Assembly: GCA_040005235.1 (NCBI GenBank)
Contig: JBDTZG010000009.1
Span: forward strand, 69,330 to 133,329
Direction: 5' to 3'
Origin: Acidobacteriota bacterium
GTDB taxonomy: Bacteria > Acidobacteriota > Thermoanaerobaculia > Multivoradales > UBA5704
DNA: 64,000 nucleotides
Shown: positions 27,565 to 38,001 of the stretch, one piece after another
How the letters are laid out: every line of letters starts with the position of its first letter
How positions within the stretch are numbered: the stretch's first letter is position 1
Made by a program: the position numbers and the translations under genes
Notes under the pieces: model-generated
Told to the model about the DNA's origin: nothing
Databases searched by the model: none
What the model saw: the letters and a program-made list of their open reading frames with translations, nothing else

Positions 27565-30435
27565 TCACACGAGCTGGAGCAGGATCGCCTCCTGAAGACT
27601 ACCGATACTCGCTACGCTGGTGACGCCATTCCGGACGATCGCCGCTCTCCATTCCGCGACAACCTCTGGCCGAACTTCCCCGTGGGGCTCCGCAATCCAC
27701 TCTCCAGCCGCAGCCGCGACTGAGACATCAACTGAGGGATGCGTAAGAAGGAGCCGCAGGGTCGAGGGGAAGATCTCTCGACGGCCGGTCAAGTAGATTT
27801 CCTCAGGGTGCTCCGCCGCGAGTGCCAAGGTTTTCGCGAGGAGATCGGCCGAAAGATCAGGTGATCTCAGGGCTACGCCGAGCGCGCCGCTTGCCAATCC
27901 CGGCGTGCCGAGGCATTTATTGAGCGCATTCTCCCAACCCGCCTCGAGGTGCTCGACGGCAAACTGTAAGAAAGGTTGAACGAAGCCTCCTTCAAATCCT
28001 TGTGCGAGGAAAGCGTCCAACCAAGGAATGCGAGACTGAGCAGCGCAAGCGAGTTCCCGGCAGACCTGCCCGAGTTTGCCGGTGCTCACCATACCGATAC
28101 GATTCTTTTCGCCCAGGTAGAAAGAAAAACGCTGCGAGGCCCCTGTCGGCCCAAATCCGCTCCACATTTCCGCCCACTCACGCACCCGCTGCGCTTCGAT
28201 CTCTCGACAGGCCACAGGCTCAGTCGGGTCGGTCCAGCCTGGAAAGAGAAACTCAAACCTCGGATCCCGCTCGATCGGCAGCTTGATGTTCAGCCGGATC
28301 GCGAGCTCGGAGAAACCCTTGGAGAGCCCTGGACTCGATCGAGCCAGGGGAGCGAGATCTCGAATAACTCGCTCACCTAGACCATGGATAGCCCGCCTCA
28401 AGGGCTCATCAACTCTCTCCATCATGGCGGACTCCGGATCAGCCCAATCCCACGTGGCCGATACCAGGTGTTGCCAGGCTGTGTCGTCGATTTCACGAAC
28501 GGCGCAACGAGTCTCGTCCCAAAGAGTACTTAGTTGTTGAATCTGACCAAGAGAGAGAAGACCAAATCGGTCAGAGAGAGTCTGGCCGGCACCGGGGTCT
28601 CGCGACTGGTATCTAAGCTTCACAGAGAGCGCATGAAGAACAGCGCGCAAACCAACCCCCGGCGATCCCCCTTCCGTCAGAAAGTCTCTGGCGACACTCG
28701 CGAGCACTCTTCGCCGCACGACGAGCTGGTTGGGTTCGTACAGCGCAACCTCAAGATCTTCGATCCAGTTGGCCAACGGACCGAAGGCTTCATTTCGATC
28801 CCTCTCGCCGCCTTTTATCCGAGAATCCAGCGTATAAAGGATCTTGCGGATCGCAAGGTCCGGCGCCTTCGGCAGGGCACCGGCAGCCACTTCGCGCACA
28901 TCGCCGGGGTAATTTTCAAGCGCCCACTCCGCATGCCCCCCGTCGAGAGCCGCGAGCAGATTCCAGGCGTGAATAGAACCTGCGCGCCTTACCAGCTCTC
29001 GAACCTCGTCGCAGTCGATCTCTCCGCCGCTCGTGATCGCCGAAAGGATTGCCTCGACCGCTTTCGGTAAGCTCGGCGCCTTGTGGATAAGCTTCCGAAA
29101 ATCCATTGCAAAGGCGTTTCCCGAGAAGAAGACTGTCCGTAAAAGCGCGCTGCGAAACACCCGTGGCCAGACGCTTAGGACACCGCCGCCCAATTCGCGC
29201 AGGACACCTCCCGATGCCAGGCCTGACGCGATCCGGCGGGACTCACCCGGCCTGAGTTCCAGAAAGGTACTGACATCCTCGAGACTCATGCCGCGGTCGC
29301 CGCCGAGGCTCAGGCAAGCGAGAACGTCCTTCGCTTCACTTCCAACGAACCGGTCGAAGAACGTGGAAAGTTGGCCTGCGACCGCCGACCCGTCGCTGAG
29401 TTCCTGCCAGGCCCCTTCGCGCGCGAGAGTCGCGATCGTCACCGCGAGACCGGGCTGGTTCGCCGCCTGGTCGACCAAGATGCGCATCGTCCGTTCATCG
29501 ACCTTCAGGCCCACCTGATGCATCACCTCAACGATTTGATCGCGGGTCAGAGGTTCGAGCGTCCGAACCTGCGGCGTCGGCAAGCTTCCCATCTCATACA
29601 GAACAGCTTCCCTTCCTCCCTCCCAGGTCGACGCAACAATCTGTACCGACGAATCGATCTCCCGGAAAAGCCGCAAAAGGGCCGGGATGCGATCGGGTTC
29701 CACATGAGCATCGTCGATCACGACGATCTTCGGTCGAAAATCGCGCAGCGCGTTGGCGATTTCAGCGTCGCTCGCATCCGGTCGAGCGAGGAACAGCGCA
29801 TCCCAGTCGCGGTGGAGCATCAGGTGGCGGAGAAGGAAGGTCTTTCCCGAACCCCGCCCGCCCACCAGCAACCGAGGGCCGTCGGTTTGAAGCAGCCAGT
29901 CGATGTCCGACTCTCGGCCGACCGGCTCCAAATCGAGGAGGGGCCGTCGAGTTTGAGGAATCGTCGACAACGCCGAAGGCTGGCCATCGAGGCCTAGCAA
30001 CTCCTTACACCATTCGCTTCGGTGGTACAACAGGAGCACGAAATCTTCTGCCCCGTGGATTAGATGGAGGTGGAAGCCGAGATCGGCAGCCGCTTTCTCA
30101 AGTGCAGTTCGCAGCCGTCCATCGATTGCCTTGGTGGTTGCGAACACAGCGGTGTCGGCGTAAGCATCTCGCGCGCGAACGGTTTTCAGATTTTCTCGAA
30201 GATTCCCCGTCAGATCGTCTCCGGTGGTACAGACCAGCGGCCACCAGCGCCCGTTGACCGGGATGGCCCCGTCGAACCCTCCATCCGATCCTCCGGGAAC
30301 CAGAGCGATCCCTGGGAAATCCGCACGGAGCAGATCGACGGCGCAGCGCTCGAAGGCATCCGGAGAGATCGGTCCCTCCTCAAGAGCGTCCAGGATCTTC
30401 CGATAGTAGGGATCGCGGATCACCGGGCGGCTCAT
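27565..30435 (-). CDS. Restriction-endonuclease-like domain plus STAND-type P-loop NTPase plus helical region (putative defence protein)
   Basis: FE..AVDLL...GGSDGGFDG N-terminus; VGRE, Walker A GGRGSGKT, Walker B IVVIDDAH; visibly lower GC. Confidence 0.7.
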   Translation of the reverse strand: MSRPVIRDPYYRKILDALEEGPISPDAFERCAVDLLRADFPGIALVPGGSDGGFDGAIPVNGRWWPLVCTTGDDLTGNLRENLKTVRARDAYADTAVFATTKAIDGRLRTALEKAAADLGFHLHLIHGAEDFVLLLYHRSEWCKELLGLDGQPSALSTIPQTRRPLLDLEPVGRESDIDWLLQTDGPRLLVGGRGSGKTFLLRHLMLHRDWDALFLARPDASDAEIANALRDFRPKIVVIDDAHVEPDRIPALLRLFREIDSSVQIVASTWEGGREAVLYEMGSLPTPQVRTLEPLTRDQIVEVMHQVGLKVDERTMRILVDQAANQPGLAVTIATLAREGAWQELSDGSAVAGQLSTFFDRFVGSEAKDVLACLSLGGDRGMSLEDVSTFLELRPGESRRIASGLASGGVLRELGGGVLSVWPRVFRSALLRTVFFSGNAFAMDFRKLIHKAPSLPKAVEAILSAITSGGEIDCDEVRELVRRAGSIHAWNLLAALDGGHAEWALENYPGDVREVAAGALPKAPDLAIRKILYTLDSRIKGGERDRNEAFGPLANWIEDLEVALYEPNQLVVRRRVLASVARDFLTEGGSPGVGLRAVLHALSVKLRYQSRDPGAGQTLSDRFGLLSLGQIQQLSTLWDETRCAVREIDDTAWQHLVSATWDWADPESAMMERVDEPLRRAIHGLGERVIRDLAPLARSSPGLSKGFSELAIRLNIKLPIERDPRFEFLFPGWTDPTEPVACREIEAQRVREWAEMWSGFGPTGASQRFSFYLGEKNRIGMVSTGKLGQVCRELACAAQSRIPWLDAFLAQGFEGGFVQPFLQFAVEHLEAGWENALNKCLGTPGLASGALGVALRSPDLSADLLAKTLALAAEHPEEIYLTGRREIFPSTLRLLLTHPSVDVSVAAAAGEWIAEPHGEVRPEVVAEWRAAIVRNGVTSVASIGSLQEAILLQLV

Positions 30436-31019
30436 CGCAATTCCGCCAAGAGCAGGCCCAGGTCGCGCATCAGATCCTTTCCGCGACCGTAGCCTCGGGC
30501 CTGAATCGATTCCAGGGCTTCTCGCGCCACGTTCAGCTCGGCGACTTCGATTTCCTCCAGCAGCTTGAGTACGTCCACACGGTCCTGCAGGCGACCGGCG
30601 AGCACTTTCAAAGCGACGAGGTGTCCAGGGCGGGCGACCGCAGCAACCACTCCGGGGAAAAGGCGCATTTGCTGAGCGGAAGCCACTACTTGGTGCTCGA
30701 TTCCCGAAGAGGCGAAGAGCAGATCCACCGGGAACAATCTATCGACGGGCGAGATCAGGCGTGCCGTGGCGAGCCGACCCACGTCGGTCTGTTCGAGAAG
30801 CGCACCTTGTGGGTTATCGGAGTACCCTCGATTCCTCAACGAACGAATCAGGCTTTCCGCCACCGAATCGCCCTGGACGGCAATCACCAAGTCGAGATCG
30901 TGGGTCGTTCTGGGCTCAACGTAGACGTTGATTGCAACTCCACCGACCAAAGCCCAACGAACGCCGAGCGCCTTCAAGTCGGCATCAAGGCGGATCAGCG
31001 CCCGATCCAGGACTGCCAT
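30432..31019 (-). CDS. Nucleotidyltransferase-fold protein (AbiEii/DUF6036-like toxin)
   Basis: ALVGGVA, PRTTHDLD, VDLL and LVALKVLAGRLQDRVD. Confidence 0.8.
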   Translation of the reverse strand: MAVLDRALIRLDADLKALGVRWALVGGVAINVYVEPRTTHDLDLVIAVQGDSVAESLIRSLRNRGYSDNPQGALLEQTDVGRLATARLISPVDRLFPVDLLFASSGIEHQVVASAQQMRLFPGVVAAVARPGHLVALKVLAGRLQDRVDVLKLLEEIEVAELNVAREALESIQARGYGRGKDLMRDLGLLLAELR

Positions 31020-31021
31020 GC

Positions 31022-31225
31022 TTAGGTTCGAGCAGTGGCCGGAGGAACCGGCCCGGCCCAGGGCCCCTTTTGGCGCCAGGCGATGAAACGAAGATGCCGT
31101 TGTTCGTCCGTCTCGGTCGGAAACCGCCGAAGCAAATTCTCGCGCATCATCATCTCGGCGAGCTCGAACAACTCAAGCGTCGTCCGCATCCGGGCTTCGA
31201 TTCGAGGATCGATGATCGGTTCCAT
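31022..31225 (-). CDS. Small putative antitoxin
   Basis: 67 aa; MMRENLLRRFP...W; stops 2 nt before the nucleotidyltransferase start. Confidence 0.65.
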   Translation of the reverse strand: MEPIIDPRIEARMRTTLELFELAEMMMRENLLRRFPTETDEQRHLRFIAWRQKGPWAGPVPPATART

Positions 31226-31296
31226 AGAGCCCTATTCTACGCTTCCACGTTCTCTGGGCGTGGCGCGAGCCCTCGGTCCCGTCTCAGACGAGTAGA

Positions 31297-33096
31297 ATGC
31301 CCGCCGTGACTCCCCCGAACGTGTCCACGGCGCTCGATCCGGATCTGCCGACGGTGGTCGAAACGGTCCGGGTCGAAGAGATCCCGCCGCCGGCCTGGCC
31401 GCCGGTTCCTCCTTACGATTCGACGCTGCCGCGGATCGCTCCCGACGGGTGGGAGCTGATGCCGGACGAGCCGCCGCAGGGGGTTCTTCGCCGGCTGCTC
31501 ACCACGCACAAACATTTCCTGGGGCTGTTGAACGGCGGGCTGGTGGCCCATGCCCAGTACGGCGAGCAGTTCGGGCGGGGCCAGGGATTCGCTCTCTTGT
31601 TCCGCCTGGAAAAGCTGCTCGCCTGGATCGTCCGGCCGTTCCTCTCCCGGCAGCTGCGCGACCTGCCGTTTCCGGTGCAGCTGCGGCGACGGCTGGAGAT
31701 CCTCGGTCCCACCTACATCAAGCTCGGCCAGGTGCTCGCGCTGCGCCAGGACATCCTCCCCGCGTCAATCACGGAGGAGCTCAAGAACCTGCTCGACCGT
31801 CTGCCGGTGGTGACGTTCGACCGTTATTGCGCGCTGATCCAGGCCGATCTCGGCCGGCCGATCGGCGAGCTGTTCAGTTGGATCGACCCCAAGCCGCTCG
31901 GCTCGGCCTCGATCGCCCAGACCCACCGGGCGACCACGCGCGACGGAGACTCGGTGATCTTGAAGGTGGTCAAGCCCGGCATCCGCGGCACGCTCACGCG
32001 CGATGCCTGGCTGCTCAAAGGGCTCGGTGCGATCCTTCAGAAGATCCTTCCCCGCTACCAGCCGAAGCGGGTGATCGCGGAGTTCGTCGAATACACCCGG
32101 CGCGAGGTGGATCTCCGCCGCGAGGCGGACAACGCCGAGACGTTCGCCGCCAACTTCGTCGATTTGCCCGGCGTGGCGTTCCCCAAGATCTACCGCGAGC
32201 ACAGCGGCTCGCGAGTCTTGTGCATGGAGTTCTTCTCCGGCTTCAAGCCGAGCGATCCCGAGGCGCTAGAGCTGTCCGAGGGGGACCGCGACCGGCTGAT
32301 CGACTACGGGGCCGAATCGATCATCCGGATGATCTACAAGGACGGCTTCTTCCACGCCGACTTGCATCCGGGCAATCTTCTGGTCCTGCCCGGCCCCGAC
32401 GGTCCACGGCTCGGCTTCATCGATCTCGGCATGGTCGGCCGGTTCGATTCGGATCTGCGGAAGACCCTGCTCAACTATTTCTACTCGCTGGTGATGGGCG
32501 ACGCCGAAGGGGCCGCGCGCTATCTGGTGCAAGCGGCGCAAGAGGGTCCCGGCGCCGATCCGGCAGGATTCCGCCGCGAGCTGACCGAGATTCTCGCGCG
32601 CTGGGGCCGGAGCAAAAACTTCAAGGACTTCTCGCTCGCTCAGCTGATCCTGCGCTCGGTCAACATGGGCGCCCAGCACGGGCTGTTCTTCCCCGTCGAG
32701 ATGGTGCTGATGGTCAAGGCGCTGGTGACCTTCGAAGGGGTGGGGCAGATCTTAAAACCGGGGCTCGACGTCGCCGCGGTCTCTCAGAGCCACGCGAACA
32801 AGATCTTCCTCGATCAGTTCAGCCCGATGGCCCTCGGCCGCCAGTTCCTGCGCGGCGTGCCCGACCTGCTCGAAGCGCTGGGCCGCGCCCCCGGGCTGGT
32901 GATGGAAGGGGCGAAGATGATCGAGCAGATGGCCCGCCGGGCGCCGGAAAATCCGTTCGCCGGCCTGCGCGGCACGATCTTCGGCGGGTTCTGCATGGTC
33001 GCCGGAGCGGTGCTCGCCAGCTCCGGCGCCGTCTGGTACGCCTGGACCACCCTGTTCGTCGTCGGCCTGATCGCCGGGCTGTCGCGCAAGCGGTAG
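31297..33096 (+). CDS. ABC1/UbiB/AarF-family atypical kinase
   Basis: LGPTYIKLGQ, SASIAQ, FFHADLHPGN, IDLGM and C-terminal transmembrane helices. Confidence 0.93.
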   Translation: MPAVTPPNVSTALDPDLPTVVETVRVEEIPPPAWPPVPPYDSTLPRIAPDGWELMPDEPPQGVLRRLLTTHKHFLGLLNGGLVAHAQYGEQFGRGQGFALLFRLEKLLAWIVRPFLSRQLRDLPFPVQLRRRLEILGPTYIKLGQVLALRQDILPASITEELKNLLDRLPVVTFDRYCALIQADLGRPIGELFSWIDPKPLGSASIAQTHRATTRDGDSVILKVVKPGIRGTLTRDAWLLKGLGAILQKILPRYQPKRVIAEFVEYTRREVDLRREADNAETFAANFVDLPGVAFPKIYREHSGSRVLCMEFFSGFKPSDPEALELSEGDRDRLIDYGAESIIRMIYKDGFFHADLHPGNLLVLPGPDGPRLGFIDLGMVGRFDSDLRKTLLNYFYSLVMGDAEGAARYLVQAAQEGPGADPAGFRRELTEILARWGRSKNFKDFSLAQLILRSVNMGAQHGLFFPVEMVLMVKALVTFEGVGQILKPGLDVAAVSQSHANKIFLDQFSPMALGRQFLRGVPDLLEALGRAPGLVMEGAKMIEQMARRAPENPFAGLRGTIFGGFCMVAGAVLASSGAVWYAWTTLFVVGLIAGLSRKR

Positions 33097-33122
33097 GCCG
33101 GCCGCCAACACAGACCGGCGCG

Positions 33123-33401
33123 CTACTGCCTTGGAGTGCCGTCGGGATCGATCGTGATCCCCGCATTGCTGGTCGGCGGCACGGGCGCCGGAGGAGGCTC
33201 GGTGCCATCGGCCGCAAACAAGGACGCAACCGGCTCCTCCACCGCCCGCCAAAGGTGCGCGAGCCACGATCCGAATTCGAACCGGACCTCGGTGGATGTG
33301 TCGAGCCCCGGCAGCGCGACGGCGGGAAGCGCACCGGTCGTGAGGCAGACGGCGCAGCAGGCGAAGGCGACGAGTAGACGAGGCGGACTCTGTCGGAGCA
33401 T
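33123..33401 (-). CDS. Small secreted protein ending in a G.xIDPDG motif
   Basis: GAGGAG RBS; signal peptide; Pro-rich linker; NAGITIDPDG. Confidence 0.65.
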   Translation of the reverse strand: MLRQSPPRLLVAFACCAVCLTTGALPAVALPGLDTSTEVRFEFGSWLAHLWRAVEEPVASLFAADGTEPPPAPVPPTSNAGITIDPDGTPRQ

Positions 33402-33560
33402 CAAGGATCTCCTCAACAACGGGTCGGAATCTGGGAGCGGCGCCGATTGGCGTCGTCGTTTAGTGCGACGAAGGCCTCCAATCGGGACACCTGATCCAAC
33501 GCCTCCGGTCCAAAATCCAGGGCGGCCCCGAGGGGCCGCCCCCTACGGATTCCGGAAGCC

Positions 33561-34850
<1,290 letters not shown>

Positions 34851-34857
34851 CTAGGGT

Positions 34858-34874
34858 GCGCCCTTTAAGGGCGC
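34858..34874. other. Hairpin in the metK-ahcY spacer
   Basis: GCGCCCT-TTA-AGGGCGC. Confidence 0.4.
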
Positions 34875-34917
34875 TCCCGGTGGCTTTCGTTGAATGGTCG
34901 CTTCCGGCTTGCTGGAA

Positions 34918-36114
34918 TCAGTTTGTGGCGGCAACGGCCGCGGTGGCTTCTTCTTCCTGCGCTTCCCCAAGGCCGGCCGAGGCGCGCAATTCCGCGGCCC
35001 GGTCGATGTTTTCCCAGGAGAACTCGGGCCGGCCGAAGTGGCCGTAGGCGGCGGTCGGCCGATAGATCGGGCGGCGCAGGTCGAGATTTTCGATCAACGC
35101 CTTCGGGGTGAGCGGGAATGCGGCACGGACCAGGCGCTCCATCTCCGTGTCGTCAATGCCGACGGCCGTGCCAAACGAGTCGACCCGCACCGACACCGGG
35201 TCGGCGACGCCGATCGCATAGGCGAGCTGCACCTCAACCCTCTCCGCGAGCCCCGCCGCCACCAGGTTCTTCGCGATGTGGCGCGCCATGTAGCAGGCCG
35301 AGCGATCGACTTTGGTGGGATCTTTCCCCGAGAACGCGCCGCCGCCGTGACGGCCGTAGCCGCCGTAGGTGTCGACGATGATCTTGCGGCCGGTCAAGCC
35401 GCAATCGCCGTGCGGTCCGCCGATCTCGAAGCGGCCGGTCGGGTTGACGTAAAAGAGCGTGTTGGCATCCAGCAGCGCCGCCGGCAGGACGGGGCGAATC
35501 ACCCGGTCGATCACGGTCGCGCGAATCTCTTCCTGCGAGACCTCGGGCGTATGCTGGGTCGAGATGACCACGGTGTGCACGCGCACCGGCCGCTTGCCGT
35601 CGTATTCGACCGTCACCTGGCTCTTGCCGTCCGGACGCAGCCAGGCGATCTCGCCCTGGTGGCGGGCCGCGGCGAGGCGGCGGGTCAAATCGTGGGCGAG
35701 GGTGATCGGCAGCGGCATCAGCTCCGGGGTCTCGCGACAGGCGAAGCCGAACATCAGCCCCTGGTCGCCCGCACCGCCGGTGTCTACGCCCATCGCGATG
35801 TCGGGCGACTGCGAATGAATCCGGTTGACCACCTCGCAGCTGTCGGCGTCGAAGCCGATGTCGGACCGGGTGTAGCCGATCTCGCGCACCGCCTGCCGCG
35901 CCACCGCCTCGAAGTCGATCTTGTCGGAGCAGGTGATCTCCCCCGCCAGCACGATCAGATCGGTGGTCACCAACGTCTCGGCCGCGACGCGGCCGGTCGG
36001 ATCGTGACGCAGAACCTCATCCAAAATACCGTCGGAGATCTGGTCGGCGACCTTGTCGGGATGACCCTCGGTCACCGACTCCGAAGTGAACAAATGTACG
36101 TCGCGTTGCGCCAT
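34918..36114 (-). CDS. metK: S-adenosylmethionine synthetase
   Basis: [19 protein letters not shown] and GGGAFSGKD. Confidence 0.98.
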   Translation of the reverse strand: MAQRDVHLFTSESVTEGHPDKVADQISDGILDEVLRHDPTGRVAAETLVTTDLIVLAGEITCSDKIDFEAVARQAVREIGYTRSDIGFDADSCEVVNRIHSQSPDIAMGVDTGGAGDQGLMFGFACRETPELMPLPITLAHDLTRRLAAARHQGEIAWLRPDGKSQVTVEYDGKRPVRVHTVVISTQHTPEVSQEEIRATVIDRVIRPVLPAALLDANTLFYVNPTGRFEIGGPHGDCGLTGRKIIVDTYGGYGRHGGGAFSGKDPTKVDRSACYMARHIAKNLVAAGLAERVEVQLAYAIGVADPVSVRVDSFGTAVGIDDTEMERLVRAAFPLTPKALIENLDLRRPIYRPTAAYGHFGRPEFSWENIDRAAELRASAGLGEAQEEEATAAVAATN

Positions 36115-36214
36115 CGGACACCTTCTCGCGAGGGGTGAGTTGACACCCTCGGGCGTATTGAAACGAAGGAAGATCTCCCGGCGAACGCCGACGAGACCGA
36201 GAACGGACCGGGAG

Positions 36215-36244
36215 ATGGTACCAAATCGAGCGGAGGGGTTGTAA
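36215..36244 (-). promoter_or_regulatory. Putative sigma70 promoter of metK
   Basis: TTACAA-18-TACCAT with an extended -10 TG. Confidence 0.45.
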
Positions 36245-36439
36245 GGGGCGACCCTTCCTGGGCCAAGGCCTCGTCAAAGTCCGCGCTTGCTCAGCCCCCT
36301 CGGTCCCTCTCTCCCATCCGCACTCTCGCCCTGGGTGCGCGCCGGCATCGATCGCGAGGAGGCTGCACCGGCAATCCAAAAGTCCGGCCCAACGAGCCTG
36401 CTCCGGCGTCGAGATTACCCTTCTTGTTGAAGCGAATTC

Positions 36440-36468
36440 TTGACTCCGAGCGTAAGTAAGGGTACTCT
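36440..36468 (+). promoter_or_regulatory. Putative sigma70 promoter of the ice-binding protein gene
   Basis: TTGACT-17-TACTCT, followed by AAGGAGG RBS. Confidence 0.55.
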
Positions 36469-36494
36469 CGGGCCGAGGCGAAGGAGGCGACGAA

Positions 36495-37334
36495 ATGAAT
36501 TTATTTCAGCTCACTCTACGGTTTTGGCGCAGACCGGTGGGATTTGCCGCGCTGCTCCTCGGTTCATTCCCGGCAGTTGCCCAGACTGCACCCCCTTTGG
36601 GCGTGAACCAGCAGTTTTCGGTCTTGGGCAACTCAGCGGTGACCGGCTCGACCGGGGTTGGCACCCTGGTCAGCGGTGACGTCGGATCCTCGCCAACGGC
36701 CTCGGTTACGAATTTTCCGCCTTCGGCCGTAAGTCCGCCGTTTACCCTACACCTCACGAACGATTTGACAGTGCAGCAGGCTCATTCCGATGCCGTCGCC
36801 GCCTACAACTTCCTCGCCGCGGAGGGCCCCGGGACAGTGCTCGCGGCGCAATTGGACGGCGCAGTGCTCACCTCGGGCATCTTTTCATTTGCCGGAGGGG
36901 CGGCCGATCTGGCGGCAGGCGGAACCCTGACTCTCAATGGGCCGGGAATCTTCGTTTTTCAGGTGGACAGCGCACTTACCGCGAACGTGTTCTCAAATGT
37001 CGTGGGCACAGCGGACCCTTGCAGCATTTTCTGGCGAGTCGGTACCTCTGCAATCCTCAACGGCATCAGCTTTCGCGGCAATGTTTTAGCCGATGCAAGC
37101 ATTACTATCGGCTCCGGCTCCAACGTGACCGGCAGGGCACTGGCAGGTACCGGTCCGACCGGCGCGGTGACGATGGCGGGTTCCGGCGGCAACACGATCG
37201 GTGGCTGCGCTACGATCACCGGCCCTCCCCCGCCCCCGATCGCCATTCCGGTACTCGACCCCCTAGGCTTAGCGATTCTTTTCGCCCTGCTCGCCGGAGG
37301 CGGTCTGTGGGTGGTGAAAAGACGCTCAGCGTAG
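36495..37334 (+). CDS. Ice-binding-like protein (DUF3494) with IPTL-CTERM sorting signal
   Basis: FSVLG...GDVGSSP, DA.AAY, FVFQV, IFWRVGTSA, F.GNVLA and GRALA; C-terminal IPVL, transmembrane helix, KRR. Confidence 0.88.
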   Translation: MNLFQLTLRFWRRPVGFAALLLGSFPAVAQTAPPLGVNQQFSVLGNSAVTGSTGVGTLVSGDVGSSPTASVTNFPPSAVSPPFTLHLTNDLTVQQAHSDAVAAYNFLAAEGPGTVLAAQLDGAVLTSGIFSFAGGAADLAAGGTLTLNGPGIFVFQVDSALTANVFSNVVGTADPCSIFWRVGTSAILNGISFRGNVLADASITIGSGSNVTGRALAGTGPTGAVTMAGSGGNTIGGCATITGPPPPPIAIPVLDPLGLAILFALLAGGGLWVVKRRSA

Positions 37335-37389
37335 TGCGTCAGACAGCGCGCGCTCAGGCGCCGACCGGTGACGTGGCGCGGCGAAGTCT

Positions 37390-38001
37390 TTACCCGCGCG
37401 GATGCCCCTCGATCACGCCGTAGAACAACGTCGACAGGGCGTGGAAGGTCGAGAGCCCGATCGTCTGGCGGCGGGTTTCGAAGCCGCCGGTGAGCGACGC
37501 GATCAGGCCGCCGGCTTTGCGGGTGCCGGGGACCGAGAAGCGGATCTGGTCGCTGTCGAGCCCGGCGACGATGCGATCGGGCAGTTGGACCGAGCCGGAT
37601 GCCCCCCAGGCCTGGCCGAGGCGGCTGCGGATCGAGGTCCAGTTGTGGACGAACAGCCTCGACTCCCCATCGATCGTGAGCGAGTGCAGGCCCCCTTCGG
37701 TCGCGGCGTAGAAGTGGTACTGGTCGCCCAGTCGCTTCTGGAGCTGAGCCGTGCGCTCCCCGAGCCGTTCCAGCACCTCGTCGTCCGAGGTGGCGAGGCC
37801 GCTCGGCACTTCCTCAACCTCCTGCGGCACCACCACCACGGTGAGATGGCGGTCGTACCCCTCGCGGAGATAGCGGTAGAAACCATCGCGCACGCCGAGC
37901 AGGCGGTCGGAGCGGTCGGACCTGTCCATGGAAGGGTTGGCGACGGCCACTTCGACACCGGATTGGAGTCGCTGCCAGAAATCCTTAAGATCGTGGGCCA
38001 T
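37390..38001 (-). CDS. YjjX/DUF84-like (inosine/xanthosine triphosphatase fold) protein, degenerate
   Basis: ATEGGL, G.SGSVQLP and GGLIASLTGG..TR motifs; the N-terminal NPxK motif is altered. Confidence 0.75.
   Translation of the reverse strand: MAHDLKDFWQRLQSGVEVAVANPSMDRSDRSDRLLGVRDGFYRYLREGYDRHLTVVVVPQEVEEVPSGLATSDDEVLERLGERTAQLQKRLGDQYHFYAATEGGLHSLTIDGESRLFVHNWTSIRSRLGQAWGASGSVQLPDRIVAGLDSDQIRFSVPGTRKAGGLIASLTGGFETRRQTIGLSTFHALSTLFYGVIEGHPRG

Noticed and set aside
27052-31290. Prophage, integrative element or IS
   Set aside because: No integrase, transposase, tRNA target or flanking direct repeats found.
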